DNA of 64,000 nt from Lama guanicoe (taxonomy: Eukaryota), in contig MU053881.1 of assembly GCA_013239625.1 (NCBI GenBank), positions 2,790,001 to 2,854,000 on the forward strand. Reading direction: 5' to 3'. The position numbers and the translations under genes were made by a program. Shown here one piece after another: positions 12,030-23,786 of the stretch. Under the pieces are notes generated by a model. It was not told where the DNA came from and made no database searches. It saw only the letters and a list, made by a program, of their open reading frames with translations. Position 1 is the first letter of the stretch, and the number at the start of each line of letters is the position of its first letter.

Positions 12030-13060
12030 CAGCCTGTCACGGACCCACGCACAGAGCGCTGGTAAAGGGTGGCTTTTCCTCTGGGAGCTGGCGGGTTCCA
12101 TCCACGGATCTGTGACCCTACTACCGCGCAGCGCAGCGAACATCTTGGGGCTTTCCCGATCGTGGACTACAGCTCCCAGCATGCCCCGAGAGCCCTCTAC
12201 TCCAACCCCGGTCAAGTCTCGCGTGAAATGACGCGGCCTCGAGAGGCTTTATCAGGAAAGCTGTCGGCGGTTCCGGCAGCTTTGCTCGCCGGCAGCTTTG
12301 CTCCGTGTTCGGTGCTCTGGGCCTTCTGTGTCGCCACGGGCACAGCACCGCTCACACCATGGCTTGGGTCTTGATTACGCCACAGCCTCTTGAGAGACTT
12401 GGGTCCTCGGAGCATCTTTAGTGCCGGAGCTCGGGCCGCAGGCAGCTCCGCGGCGGCGGAAGAACAGGTAACCAGAAGGCCCGGCTGGGCCGAGGCTGAT
12501 GGAGGGCGTGCCGCTGGCCGCTGCACCAAGGCCTGAGCCCGGGGTCTCTCAGTGCCTCTCGGTGCCTCTCGCTGCCTCTAGCGGTCTCTCTCCAATCCTG
12601 TTACCTAGGCTCGGATCTTGGTCGGACCGCACTTTGCCTGTCTCACCCTGTTTTCTCGGCCGCCCCCACCTCCCCCGTGGGGTTTCTCTCTCATGATGCC
12701 TCTGCAGCCCTGGCACCGGGCCGCGCCTCTGCTTCCCCAGAGCGGCCTAGGCCCGGACCCCGACTCCTCACCCTCACCTCGCAAGCCTCCTACTTGAGCT
12801 GCCCTCGGGGAACATTTGGCTTGTGTTAGGCCCCGGTCCTAATCTCCTTAGTTCTTCTCAGGCTCGCCGGGTGGGAGAGGCGGTTGAGTTAGCCCTGGTC
12901 TTTCGCATCCCGGTGGCATTGTCCTGTGTCTTGTGAAGGAGAAGTCAGAGCTCTGCGGGGGCGGGCGGGGGCGGGCACCGGGAACTGGAAGGGGATGTGT
13001 CTGGATCCGAAAGCTCCCTGGACCTGGCGGGTGGCGGAACTGTGGTTTCTGGGATGCTGT
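12030..13060 (+). promoter_or_regulatory. CpG island / KIAA1191 promoter; candidate non-coding exon 1 ending at 12467 (CAG|gtaacc)
   Basis: CpG-dense. ZNF143/THAP11-type motif ACTACAGCTCCCAGCATGC at 12166-12184, TCTCGCGTGA at 12217-12226, half-CRE TGACG at 12229, donor gtaacc at 12468. Confidence 0.8.
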
Positions 13061-13332
13061 AAAGAAGAACTAACGAGTTGGCTTTCTGAGCTCCATCAGG
13101 ATAGAGGTGGCGGTGTAGCAGGTTGAAAAACAAATAACTTGGCTTTCTCAGGGCTTTGTTTGGATTCCCCTGTAAAATGGGAGCCTTACAGATGGGCCAC
13201 TTATCTGTGACCTTGGACAAATCACTTCTGCTTTTTAGTTTCCTTTTCTTTAAATTGAGGCTAAACAATGCCTGCTCTGCAGGGTTGCTACAAGGGTTAA
13301 AATGCAAGATAAGCGTTGTATAAAACCCTTAT

Positions 13333-13479
13333 GGGGGGAGGGTATATAGCTCAGTGGTAGAGCGCGTTCCTAGCATGCGGGAGGTCCTGGGTTCAATCCC
13401 CAGTACCTCCATTGAATAAATACATACATAAATAAACCTAATTCCTCCCTACTCCCCTCTGAAAAAAAACACCCCAAAC
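13333..13479 (+). mobile_element. Vic-1-like tRNA(Ala)-derived SINE (camelid type)
   Basis: ggggagggtatatagctcagtggtagagcgc...gaggtcctgggttcaatccccagtacctcc with A and B boxes and an A-rich tail; candidate TSD aaaccct at 13323-13329 and 13480-13486. Family name is from recall. Confidence 0.8.
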
Positions 13480-13687
13480 AAACCCTAAAAAATATCAGTC
13501 ATTGGTAGAAGCAAGGAAAGAATTTACTCATTGTGGTACCTAGCCCCTTATCGTGGGTCAGTTTATTTAAAAGTGAAATGAGTATGGTCCCTCTCACAAG
13601 GTTGTTAGGAGAAATACATGAAAGTACAGGAAGGAGTTTGGCAGACTCTGAAGGGCGGTGGCAATGCTGATTGTTTGTTGTTCTTAG

Positions 13688-13800
13688 AACCTCTGGAATG
13701 GATGGATTCTTCCGGAGCAGCTTTGCTAATTTGCAGCAGCTGGACAGTGTTCCTCGTTAATATCTGTCTGTCAGCCTAATCGTCACATCATTTCACCCTG
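13688..13800 (+). other. KIAA1191: KIAA1191 candidate non-coding 5' UTR exon 2
   Basis: Pyrimidine-rich acceptor 'tgtttgttgttcttag' and donor CTG|gtaaga; lies between the CpG-island exon and the ATG exon. Confidence 0.65.
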
Positions 13801-14103
13801 GTAAGATGACCTTTTCACTGTGTAGAGTGTCTTTGTCATTTCATGATGTTAAGTGACTGGTGCAGTGAGACCTTTGAATTTATCCTTCCCCCCCTCCTTT
13901 GGCATATTTGTCACCCATTGGCTCTTTTATGTGTGTTCAACCTTGTATACAAGCCATAAAACTGTGTGTACCTGTCAAAAGAACAGCACTGGAGCTATTC
14001 TTTGGTGTTCACTGTAAGAAAATGGCCTTTGTTATTTTTATTAGGTGGCAGGGACTCAGCTCCGAATTCTGTATAGAAAAAGCACCTGGATTGCGGTCTT
14101 ACA

Positions 14104-14131
14104 ATGGCTTCGAGACAACCAGAAGTACCTG
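14104..14131 (+). CDS. KIAA1191: KIAA1191 first coding exon (exon starts about 14045): MASRQPEVP
   Basis: acaATGG Kozak context; G|gtaaac donor; matches the recalled human N-terminus. The seven exons total 918 nt = 305 aa + stop. Confidence 0.92.
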
Positions 14132-14915
14132 GTAAACTTAATTCTTTTTGGTAAAGTTATGTTTTGCCCTTAGCATTTTAAGCTAGACAGAAACCACTTT
14201 TTCTGCACCATGTATTAATGGTTACTCTCTGCCACCAGGAGAGTATTTAGACTTAATAGACTTAAATATTATCTTATTAACCACCTAGCCAGGTTTCCTG
14301 GAAAGAGAACAGTCATTCCACTTAAAGGTGTGACAAGTTTTTCACTTCCCTATGGTCTCAAAGGAAAATTGAGAATAAGTTGCGTAGTTCTTGTAGTATG
14401 TACCAAAATGATTAAACTCACCTGCTTTTTAGTGGGGAGGAGGTGCGAGGGCAGGAGGTATGAAAGTCTGGCCAAAAAAGCATTAGTCTGATTCAAGGCA
14501 GATTGACAGTCATATGCGCACTGCAGCTTGAGTGTGCCCAGGGTCTGTAGAAAGTAGTAATTTCCGGGTTAGTGAAATCATCGACCCCTCGTTGGACTGT
14601 TTTAGTGGGAAGGGCTGGTGATTTAAAAAATCTGAATCATCCAATTTTTGGTTCTCAGTAAAGTGTAGTTGATAATCCCTGTCTCTGAGTGTTGCTGTAA
14701 AGATCAAAAACATAAAATACATGAAAATGAGAGTTAAAAATTAAATGAATGTACATTACTGTCCCCCATTTTTTTTGGTCTCTAATTGTAGGAGTGTATT
14801 TTCTGGTAAATACTAGCGACTTTATTATTTTTCGGAAGGCTTTTGGGCTGACTGTTGGCAGGGATCTTTATGTTTTTGAAATTTCTCCCAAATTCAGTGT
14901 TGTAATAGGAGCCCC

Positions 14916-14936
14916 NNNNNNNNNNNNNNNNNNNNN
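14916..14936. other. Assembly gap (21 N) inside a poly-C tract
   Basis: N run flanked by C runs. Confidence 0.99.
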
Positions 14937-15289
14937 CCCCCCCCCCGTCTCCTAGCCTGGATCCGTGTCTGGTCTCTAACTTCATCAGCGTGTGTTTTAG
15001 TTTGTCTTTCCTTGTCATCGTGATTACCACGAAGTCCCTGTAACCATCCTGGCCGTAGGGTTGCACGCGTTAGGTTAGTGCCTGTGGTGTGGAGTGTGAG
15101 CGCCTGAGCGCCGGCTTAGATCTGTGTTCCAGCACCGCACACGGGCTGGCTAGGTGTTGCTTAAGATCTGTGCCTCAGTTGCCTGAGCTGGAAAATGGGA
15201 AAAATACCTGCTTAATGAGGGTTAGGTAAGATGAGGGGTGTAAGTGCCTGGCAGGGAAGGTTATGTGGTAATTATTATTTGCTTATGTG

Positions 15290-15502
15290 TTTGAGATAAT
15301 TCATGGGTAGTAAAATTCACCCAGTTGAAATCAACAGTTTAGTGATTAGTATATTCACAAGCCACTATCTAATTCCAGAACATCTTCCTTACCCCGAAAA
15401 GAACACCTTGTCCTATTACTAGTTACTCCTCATCCCCCAGGGTCCCTCCCCACACCCCCAGCTCCTGGCAACCACTAATCCTTTCTGATTCTATGAATTT
15501 GT
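15290..15502 (-). mobile_element. Old L1 (L1M-type) 3' end, antisense
   Basis: 'ttgagataattcat...aaaattcaccc...cccagctcctggcaaccactaatc' is the typical antisense L1MA/MB tail. Confidence 0.7.
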
Positions 15503-16439
15503 TATTGTTGTTAATATTAATCATAATAATAATGGTAGCTGCTGGGTACCCTTGCTGTTTAAATGAAGTATCTTTCCTGGTTTTAGATTTACTGCCTGCC
15601 ACGTAAGTTAATGTCTTGGGGAGCGTGACTGTATAATTTTAGTGACAGGAAAATGTCACCCTGAAGGCATGATATGGACATTAGTTCTGCTATGAAAGGA
15701 ACAGCAAACAAACAAAATGAGCTTTGCTCCCTGGTCTGGCAGAGCCCAGCGTGCCCTTGAGGTGGGGCGCCTGCGTCACAGCGGGCTTTGGGCCGGTCAG
15801 TTCCAGTGGACGGGAAGGGCAGGATCCGAGGGTGAGGGTGCTTGTCAGCAGTTTTCTGTGATGGAAATTGGCTGTGCTGTTTAGGTCACACAGATCACTC
15901 AAAGCTAGTGAGAGTGCTGAACAGCATATTGTTTTAAAGATTTCTGGTAACAGTGGTCTCGTGTTCTTAGGGGAGGTGGGAAAGACAGGATTTGCCACTG
16001 CTGGGCCTCCATTTCCTCATCTGTGAAATGGGAACAAGATTTCATATCCTCAGTGCTGCCTGAGCTGAGAGTCTGGGCATTGCCACAGGGGCAGCTTCCA
16101 GGACACCGAGAACACAAGCCCTGAAGTCAGATAGGTTTGGGCTTCGGTCCCTCGCTGCACGATGAAGTTGTGTGACCTTGCTCAGGCAAACTTAAATTGA
16201 GCTTTGGCTTCCTGGCCCATAGAGATGGGTTAGGGCTGCTGTGGGGTAAGTGGAGAATCCATAGTGTCAGGCGGAGAGGAAGGAACTCGTGCCATTCCTT
16301 TTCCTTGGCTGGATTAGCTCTTCCAGAATGGGCTGTTCTTGCTGTGTCCCACCCAGAACAAGAGTGTTCCTGACCTTTCCTGCCCACAGATTAACTTAAA
16401 GCTGCCGATACCCATCCTGACAGGTGTCTCTGTTCGTAG

Positions 16440-16618
16440 CTCTTGAGCCTAGCGGGCCTCTAGGCAAGATGTCCCTGCCCATCGGGATGTACCGCCGGGC
16501 ATTCAGCTATGATGATGCCCTTGAGGACCCTGCGCCCATGACTCCCCCTCCGTCGGACATGGGCAGCATCCCCTGGAAGCCGGTGATTCCAGAGCGCAAG
16601 TATCAGCACCTTGCCGAG
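16440..16618 (+). CDS. KIAA1191: KIAA1191 coding exon 2: (A)LEPSGPLGKMSLPIGMYRRAFSYDD...KYQHLAE
   Basis: tag acceptor; GAG|gtacct donor; in frame; internal ATG at 16469. Confidence 0.95.
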
Positions 16619-16808
16619 GTACCTGTCCCCGCCAACCGCTGCTGGCAAGCCCAGCCCTTCCGTTCTGCTTCCTCTCCTCCGCAGCTGTCAGCGGCTCCTG
16701 GCACCATAGAATTTAGAATTGGGCAGCCACCAATCCCAGTATGTTTTCTGTGCCTCAGCTGGAGTCGGTGGGCCTTTTTTTTTCTTTTTAAATCAAAACT
16801 AGAATGGC

Positions 16809-16922
16809 CATGGTGGGTGGGTGGGGGTACAGCTCAGTGGTAGAGTACATACTTGATGTGCACAAGTTCCTGGGTTCAATCCTCAGTACCTCTATTGGGG
16901 GAAGAAGTTAAAAAAAAAAATT
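16809..16922 (+). mobile_element. Vic-1-like SINE with perfect 14-bp TSD
   Basis: tRNA-like head, poly-A tail, TSD aaaactagaatggc at 16795-16808 and 16923-16936. Confidence 0.85.
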
Positions 16923-18892
16923 AAAACTAGAATGGCATATCTTCTACTTGAGACACCCCCCCATCCCCTCTACACCACCCACTCCCTTCCCCATTTCCAC
17001 AGCATTAAATCCAAGCTCCTTAGTCTGGCTCTGCGTGAGCCTGGTCCTGTCCCCCCACACCATGATCCACCCGTGGAGGTTACCTAAGATTTCTTGTGCT
17101 TAATAGGGTATTTGATGCCTCTGAGTCTTTGCTACTCACTGCTCTGAGTGCCTGGAATGTTTACAGTCCCCATCTTGTCCTCTTCCTCCATCTGCCTGAC
17201 AGATGGTGTCTTAAGTCTCAGCTCAAACATCTCTGTCAAGATTGTCCTCCGTCCTCCCAGTAAGACTGTCACCCCTCCTTTAGAGCTCTCCAGTGTACGG
17301 CAGACCCCCTCATAATCCCCGCTACTTCCTCGGCCCCCACCAGCTTCCTCAGGGCAGGGCCATGCCTGAGTTTGTACTCCGTCTAGTCTCTAGCAGAGGA
17401 CTTGGCAGAAAGTGGGTTCCAAAAAAATGCCCGCTAAATGATTAGGAGGGGAGTTGGCCCTTCCTGAACTCGTGCTCTGCTTTTTCTCGTGCTGTTCCTC
17501 CTGCCTCAGATGCCCTTCCACACCGCCTCCTCCCTCAGGCCCTTCCTGACCCACGCACATCCCTCCTCACGCCCCGGTCTGCTCTCACCTCCCTTCTGTG
17601 CAGGCTGGGCTTCGTGGGTTCTCACGCGCTTGTTGCAGGCTGTTCCCGGAGCCTGCGCTTCCTGACGGCGGGGGCTGTGTGTCTCTCTCGCCTCTGACCC
17701 TCCAGCCGCCCAGCGTGCAAGGAAGCGGGTACTGTTGCCTGAATCAGCCAGGCCCGCCCAGTTCGGATGAATCCTTTTAACCTGTAGCTACAGTTTGGCT
17801 TCACTTTGAGCTTTGTGACAGCTCAGGTCCTGACAGCAAGTACCAGTAAGCACCTGCTTAGGCAGACCTGGGTGTGCGTCCCCGAGCAGCGTGTGTGCTG
17901 GCAGTGACCCTGGCACACAGCCTCAGCCCTGCGCCGCAGTGTCTCCATCTGAGAGATGAGAATGCTTTCCATCCTGGAGGTGTTGTGGGGATTAGGGAGG
18001 ACCAGAAGGCTTTGCACGTAGTAAATGTGGAGCCGATGCTGTGACTCCTGGCTCCCAGCCTAACTTTCACTCAGAAGAGCTGTATTTGATCTTTCCTTTC
18101 TAATGAGTGGCCCCCTCCCCCTGTCCCCAACCCCAGGCTCTCAGAACAGGGTGCTCCTTTCTATGAAAGCGTCCCCTCCAGCTCCGGGGTAAATTCCCTA
18201 TATCCCTGTATCCCTTATCTACTGAAACCCAACCCAGTCAGCTGTGGAGGTGGAAACATTTTGTGTGAAAAGTACTGGCAGTTCCAGGAGAAAGGGACCC
18301 TGGCAGCCTGCCTGTGGTGCCAAAGCAGCAGGCTCAGGGGACCGGAGCCAAAAATCAGCCAGGCTCCTGAGAGGGCTTCGAAGAGCCGCTCCCCGTTTGC
18401 ACTCACAAAGGCTGCAGCGTGCTTCGCTGGGCAGAGGAGAGGCTTCTGGTTCTCTGCTGCGCCCCGGCCGGGACAGCTGACAGTTTGGAACAACTGCTGT
18501 CTGTGCAGAGCTCAGCTGGAGTCACCGCACGCGATCTTCCGCTGGTCGCGGCTCGCCCCATCCCAGCCGGCAGCCGCCTCCCCAGGGGGGAAGCACAGGC
18601 TCAGCTTTTCAGTCCAGTGAGCTGAGAAGTTTAAATCCTATCTGAACCAGGGACACAGCTTCTCAGTACTTCCTTCTGCTCCCCTCCTTTCTGCCGTCTT
18701 TTCCTCTCAGTTCCTTTGGAGAAGCAGAGAATGGAGAATCAAGCCCGTTCTCCGCTCTCGCTTAGTCCTGAGCATGGGTGTCCCTGTTTTTAGATTTCAG
18801 AAGGTGGCCTGCTCCAGCTGGCCCATGTTAAAGTGAGGAGCTACGGAGACTTGGGGGTTTGTTTTAAAAGACCATTCCTTGAACCTTTAGAG

Positions 18893-19066
18893 CAGTGGGC
18901 CTCAAAGCGTGGTCTTAGCGGCATCAGCACCTCATGGGAAGTCATTAGAAACAGATCCTTGAGCCCCGCCCCAGGCCTAGGGACTCGGTCCTGGGTTGGG
19001 GCCCAGCGGTCTGTCTGAGGAGCCCTCCAGGGGGTTCTGGTGCTCGGCCAAGTTTGAGAAGCACCC
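18893..19066. mobile_element. MER5A-like hAT-Charlie element
   Basis: 'cagtgggcctcaaagcgtggtc...gcatcagcacctcatgggaagtcattagaaa...ggggcccagc...aagtttgagaagcac'. Confidence 0.75.
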
Positions 19067-19402
19067 CGGGAATGCAGTGATGAGTTCAGGAGAAGCGTGC
19101 CTCGTGCCTGGTACATAGGCGGTGCTTAGCAGTGGGTCTTCTGAATTCTTGGAGGCACAGCAGTGGAGTATATTGGACACAGTCTGGGAAGATAATAGAC
19201 CTCAGAGCTTCAGATTCTGTGTCTCCCACTTTTATAAACACAGGCTGTTCATGTAATGTCTTACTGGTGGTCACTGTGGATAGTACGTATCTGACCAGGT
19301 GAAGATGACCAGCCCCCCGTGTATCCGATTACTCCCAAAGGAGTGAGCTTAGTGTGTGACTCCCTGGCCCTGCTCAAGTGCCTTCTTACCCCTCTTGAAC
19401 AG

Positions 19403-19529
19403 GTGGAGGAAGGAGAGGCCAGCGTCTCCTCCCTTGCTGTGCCCCAGCCATCGGCCACTGACAGCACGGACAAGGTCCCCGTGGTGAAGGCTAGAGCTAC
19501 CCGTGTCATCATGAGCTCTCTGATCACAA
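19403..19529 (+). CDS. KIAA1191: KIAA1191 coding exon 3: VEEGEASVSSLAVPQPSATDSTDKVPVVKARATRVIMSSLIT
   Basis: cag acceptor; A|gtaagc donor; phase 0 to 1. Confidence 0.95.
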
Positions 19530-21541
19530 GTAAGCGCTCTGCACACCCTCACAGCAGTGAAGCCGGGTAGCCCAGCTGCGGGGGCTTCTGCCAGGACGCC
19601 TGCCCTAGTGCGTCTTAGCCATGCCTGGCAGAGGTCAGTCTGGCTCTGGGTCACCAGTGTTGAGGCTGCATTTAGGTGGAAAATCTGCCCAGCGTTAAGC
19701 ATCTGAGTTGATTTAGGTGCACTCCCGCTGCTTTGTTGACAGTCTCATTTTCCCACGTCCATCATGTGGCCTTAGCAAGTGAGGGAACTGTGGAGACTGC
19801 TTCCCCTCCACGAGGTGGGGGAGCTGGCTGGCGGTGGAGGGGAGGGGGATGGCCCCGGCCCCAGCGCCCAGCGGCTGGGAGCTGCTGCGGGCTACTGTCG
19901 CAAGTGCTGCTGGAGAAGGCGACGCGCTGAGGCATCTCCCACCTGCCCTGCACTGATTTTTTTTTTTTAATTAAATGGCTCAAAGTTGTTCCTCTTTCTG
20001 GACCTTGAGGCAAGTTTGATGCCTCCAGCGTCTTTAGTCTTGAGAATATGTGATTTGTGGTCCTGATAAGACTGGAAACAAGAGAGCTTGCATTTTTTTT
20101 TTTAAAGCCTTATAACAACTAAACCAGACTTGTTGGTTCTGCTGGGGGACGTGACCGGTCCTTAGATGCACAGCTCTGCCCCTGCCAGGGCAGGGGGAGC
20201 CCTTGTTTATCTGCTCTGGGAGGGCAGCAGTTTGTCTTGGGCGATTCCTGGAGAGTTTACCCGAGAAACTAAAGTCCAAATGCTTGCTTGGACTCTTTCT
20301 TACTCACACATAAACGCACTATTTGAATCAGCAACTACTACTTGCCTGTTGCAAGCTGGGCATGTGTTCTGGCCACATTAGGGGGCGTAGTCATTGTTCT
20401 TTTAGTGCAGGTATAACTTCTTTATTGAAAACAGAGTTTTCCAACAGCGTAGAACATGGTAACACCCCGGCAGCTACTGCTGTCACTCAGATGCTTACTT
20501 GGCTTAGTCAGTTCCACGTATATGCGTATTTTTATATAATTGCAGATATAATAGACAAACCATTCTGGTTTTTTTTCAGTTAATACTGCCATGAACTTTT
20601 GATGTTGCTATAGTCTTAAAAAAAAAAAAAAGCTACATTTAAAACCCCAGTACTGGCGTACCGTATTCATTAAATCCTTTCCTGCTTTTAAAATTTTCAG
20701 GTGACTACCTGGCAAGAAACGTCTTTATATATTTAGTGGTTTGTTTTTTTTCCCCCTTTGCTTCTATTTCTGATGGAAGTAAAATGGTTCCTTAGAAGAG
20801 GAAAGACTAAGTCATAAAGGACATCCGGCGTCTGGGCTTTTGGTCCACAGCTGCCACAGTCCTGTCCACAGGGGTGTGTCATGTGTGTGTAAGACTCAGA
20901 AACCCCGCTGTCAGTCGTTCCAAGTGTAACTGACAACTGATTATGAAATAAGCAGGTCAGACCGACCTGGCCCTCAGTCCGGTTTGTCTGCTGTGCCAGG
21001 CCCTGTCATGGGCAGTTTCACACACGGGAAGCAGTGGATCAGTAAACTTTGGCTCGTTCAAGGCACATTCTTTCTGGTTTGGATCTAATTGGTACCTCGG
21101 TGCCATCCAGCCTCAATGTGGCCCCTTTCTCTTTGGTGGAAGGTCTTAATGAGTGTGGTCTCTCAGAGGAAACTTTATATTTGGAGAACTTGCACTGTTT
21201 CTGAATGTCAGCTGCCTTCTCCATGTTGCATTTCTAAATACAAAGAAAATGCCACAGGGTACCGAGGAGAGGAAGCGAAGGAGTGTTTCGCTGGAGGTTA
21301 TCCGGCTGCCCCTTTAGGAGTGAGCTGTTCTTTGGCTTGCTGTGCGCGAAGGCTTCTTTCTGCTCAGGGAAGCTTTGTGGGAGGTCTAGAATCTCTGCTA
21401 CGAGGCCTGACTGGGAGCAGCCTCCTTCTCGGGGGGCCAGTGTGGTCTCCGGGGGAGATGAGTGGACATCTGTGTTGATGTCCCCCGGTTTTGATGGGGC
21501 AGGGGGATGGGCATGACCATGGTCATCTCCTCTGTTCCCAG

Positions 21542-21666
21542 AACAGACCCAGGAGAGCATTCACCGTTTTGAGCAACAGGCAGGGCTGAGAGATGCTGGC
21601 TACACACCCCACAAGGGCCTTACCACCGAGGAGACCAAGTACCTTCGAGTGGCAGAAGCACTCCAC
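21542..21666 (+). CDS. KIAA1191: KIAA1191 coding exon 4: (K)QTQESIHRFEQQAGLRDAGYTPHKGLTTEETKYLRVAEALH
   Basis: cag acceptor; CAC|gtaagc donor; absent from the ORF track, translated manually. Confidence 0.95.
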
Positions 21667-21951
21667 GTAAGCTTGCTTCTTAGGGACTTTAAAAAAACAA
21701 AACCCTCACCATTCATGGCTTGAGACGTGGCTGGGATTTAGAAGTTACCAGCTCAGCTAGCTAGCTGGGTTGGTGGGGAGTGGTGGAAAGGGGACTGAGC
21801 GAGGGGTTTGAACTGGTTCGGCCCCTCCTGCGGTCATGCTCTCTCGCTGACAGCCCCGGGGCTCTCAGCCTTCCCTGTCTGCACGGAGGGGGGATCTGTG
21901 CCGCCTGCTTCTGGTTCGGAGGATCAGATGAGACTCCGGGCTTACACGTGT

Positions 21952-21998
21952 TGTGTGTGTGTGTGTGTTTGTGTGTGCGTGCGTGTGCGCGCGCGCGC
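21952..21998. repeat. (TG)n/(CG)n alternating purine-pyrimidine tract
   Basis: tgtgtgtg...gtgcgtgcgtgtgcgcgcgcgcgc. Confidence 0.9.
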
Positions 21999-23484
21999 TA
22001 TGACCAGTGACGCCGCTGTGGACCACTTTGTGCACCAGAGTGATGGGCGCCGAGGGAGAGGGAGGAGGCTCCGGCACAAGGTGATGCTAGCTGGGAAGGA
22101 ATGTTAGGCCCTGCATTTAATTAAAAAAAAAAAATAAAAGCAAATGTGTAATTGGAATTTTTTTTTTCTCTTTCATTTCTAAACTTGGAATGAGTGAAGA
22201 AGACTTTTTGGTAAGGTTAACGATGCCCGGACAGTTGTGTGAGTGAAATAGTTCCATGTGGCTCTTTCTCAGGGAATACGGCTCATACTTAATACTGCTT
22301 CCCGGCATATGACCCACTTGCATTCACTTCCTCTTCGTACTTGTTCTTTGAGGGAGATGCTACTCTCTGTGTTTTATAAATGAAGAAACTGAGGTCCAGG
22401 GTGATGTATTTAACCAGTCGCAGTACCTGAACTCAGGTCTCCTGCTGGCCCATTGGTTTCCCCCACATTCCACAGCTGTCGGAGGACCTGGCTCCTGAGG
22501 GCCTCAAAGGAGGCTCGTGCTGTACCTTGTAAGAAAGTCACGCTCACGTGGAGCGAGTGGCCCGTGGCAGGGCTGGAGGACATCTTGGATGGCTGCATCT
22601 TGTAGGGAGTGTCCGAGACGATTTTTGCACGCCGAGCTTAAACACCTCTGCCCGGGTTGGTCAGGGCTGGGTTGGTGATAAGCTCGAGCCCTCAGATAAG
22701 ACAGGTGCATCCACGGCGGGATGCTGATGGCCTCTGACACTGAGGACTTTCCAGGATCCGTGTGTGTCAGAATTCCAGGTGCACAGTTCACCCTGTATCC
22801 TGGCAGAAATGAATTTGGCCCGTTATGTGCATCTCGGCCCACAGGAGTAGAACCCGCGGATGGTGAATGCCAGGGCACATGACTTGGCATGGTGAGCGTT
22901 TGAGAAAATCCAGGCAGTCATTCGTTTGAAATGTAGCTCGGGCTAAGCACTGGCTTGTCGGGCCTGGAGCATGGAGGCCATGCGGGAGCCTTGACCTGGG
23001 AGAAGTGAGAAGCCAGACGTCTGTTTGCAGAGCTGAGGGCACACAGAGTGACTGGCGCTGGGAGGGAAGGCTGCACAGGGAAGCGTTTAGCCGGAGAGGA
23101 TTAGCGCGCCGAGCCTGGGCGCTGAGAGACTGGGAGCGGCAGGTGGCGTCCGCGGTGGGCCAGCGGCGGGAGGCCTGCGGCTTGGGCTCTGGCTCCTCCG
23201 CGACGGGCCGGGTGAGTGTGGGAACAGGAGAAGCTCTAGTGTGCTATTTGGCACAGAGATGTTTGAGATGTGCTGTAGAATGACTGCGTTTTTTTAAAAG
23301 ATGGAATTCTATCTAGTATGGCAAAATCAAAGGAACATCCATCCTGTAATCCAGAATTTCTCCACCTATGACTGTTTTCCTTTTGCCTGAAGTTTGTGTG
23401 AACCGGGTGGTTTATACGCAAACTTAGCTGTTGTGTATTTGCTCTGATTTTTTAAAAAGTCTCTCCCCTCACCCATCCGCACAG

Positions 23485-23591
23485 AAGCTGAAGCTGCAGA
23501 GCGGAGAGATGACGAGAGAGGAGAAGCAGCCGGCCTCAGCCCCGTCCACTCCCAGCAGTAGCCCCCACTCCTCCCCCAAGCAGAAGCCCAG
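23485..23591 (+). CDS. KIAA1191: KIAA1191 coding exon 5: KLKLQSGEMTREEKQPASAPSTPSSSPHSSPKQKP(R)
   Basis: cag acceptor; AG|gtgagc donor. Confidence 0.95.
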
Positions 23592-23786
23592 GTGAGCCCT
23601 TCCCGGGTCTCTGAGCAGCCCGGGTCCGAAGGACCACCGGTGCCGCGTCCAGCCGCCGCTGCTCCCAGCCCCTCAGCGCCCACGTCAGCCTGTGGCTCCT
23701 GAGCCAGAAGGGGCAGCTGACAGTTCCCAGTCTGCACGTGTAGAAGGCTACATACACCAGCGTCCGTTTTCTTCTTTCTCTTGCAG

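Noticed and set aside
13337..13412. tRNA-Ala-like gene
   Set aside because: Extended G-rich 5' end, A-rich tail, candidate TSD and diverged sibling copies indicate a SINE.
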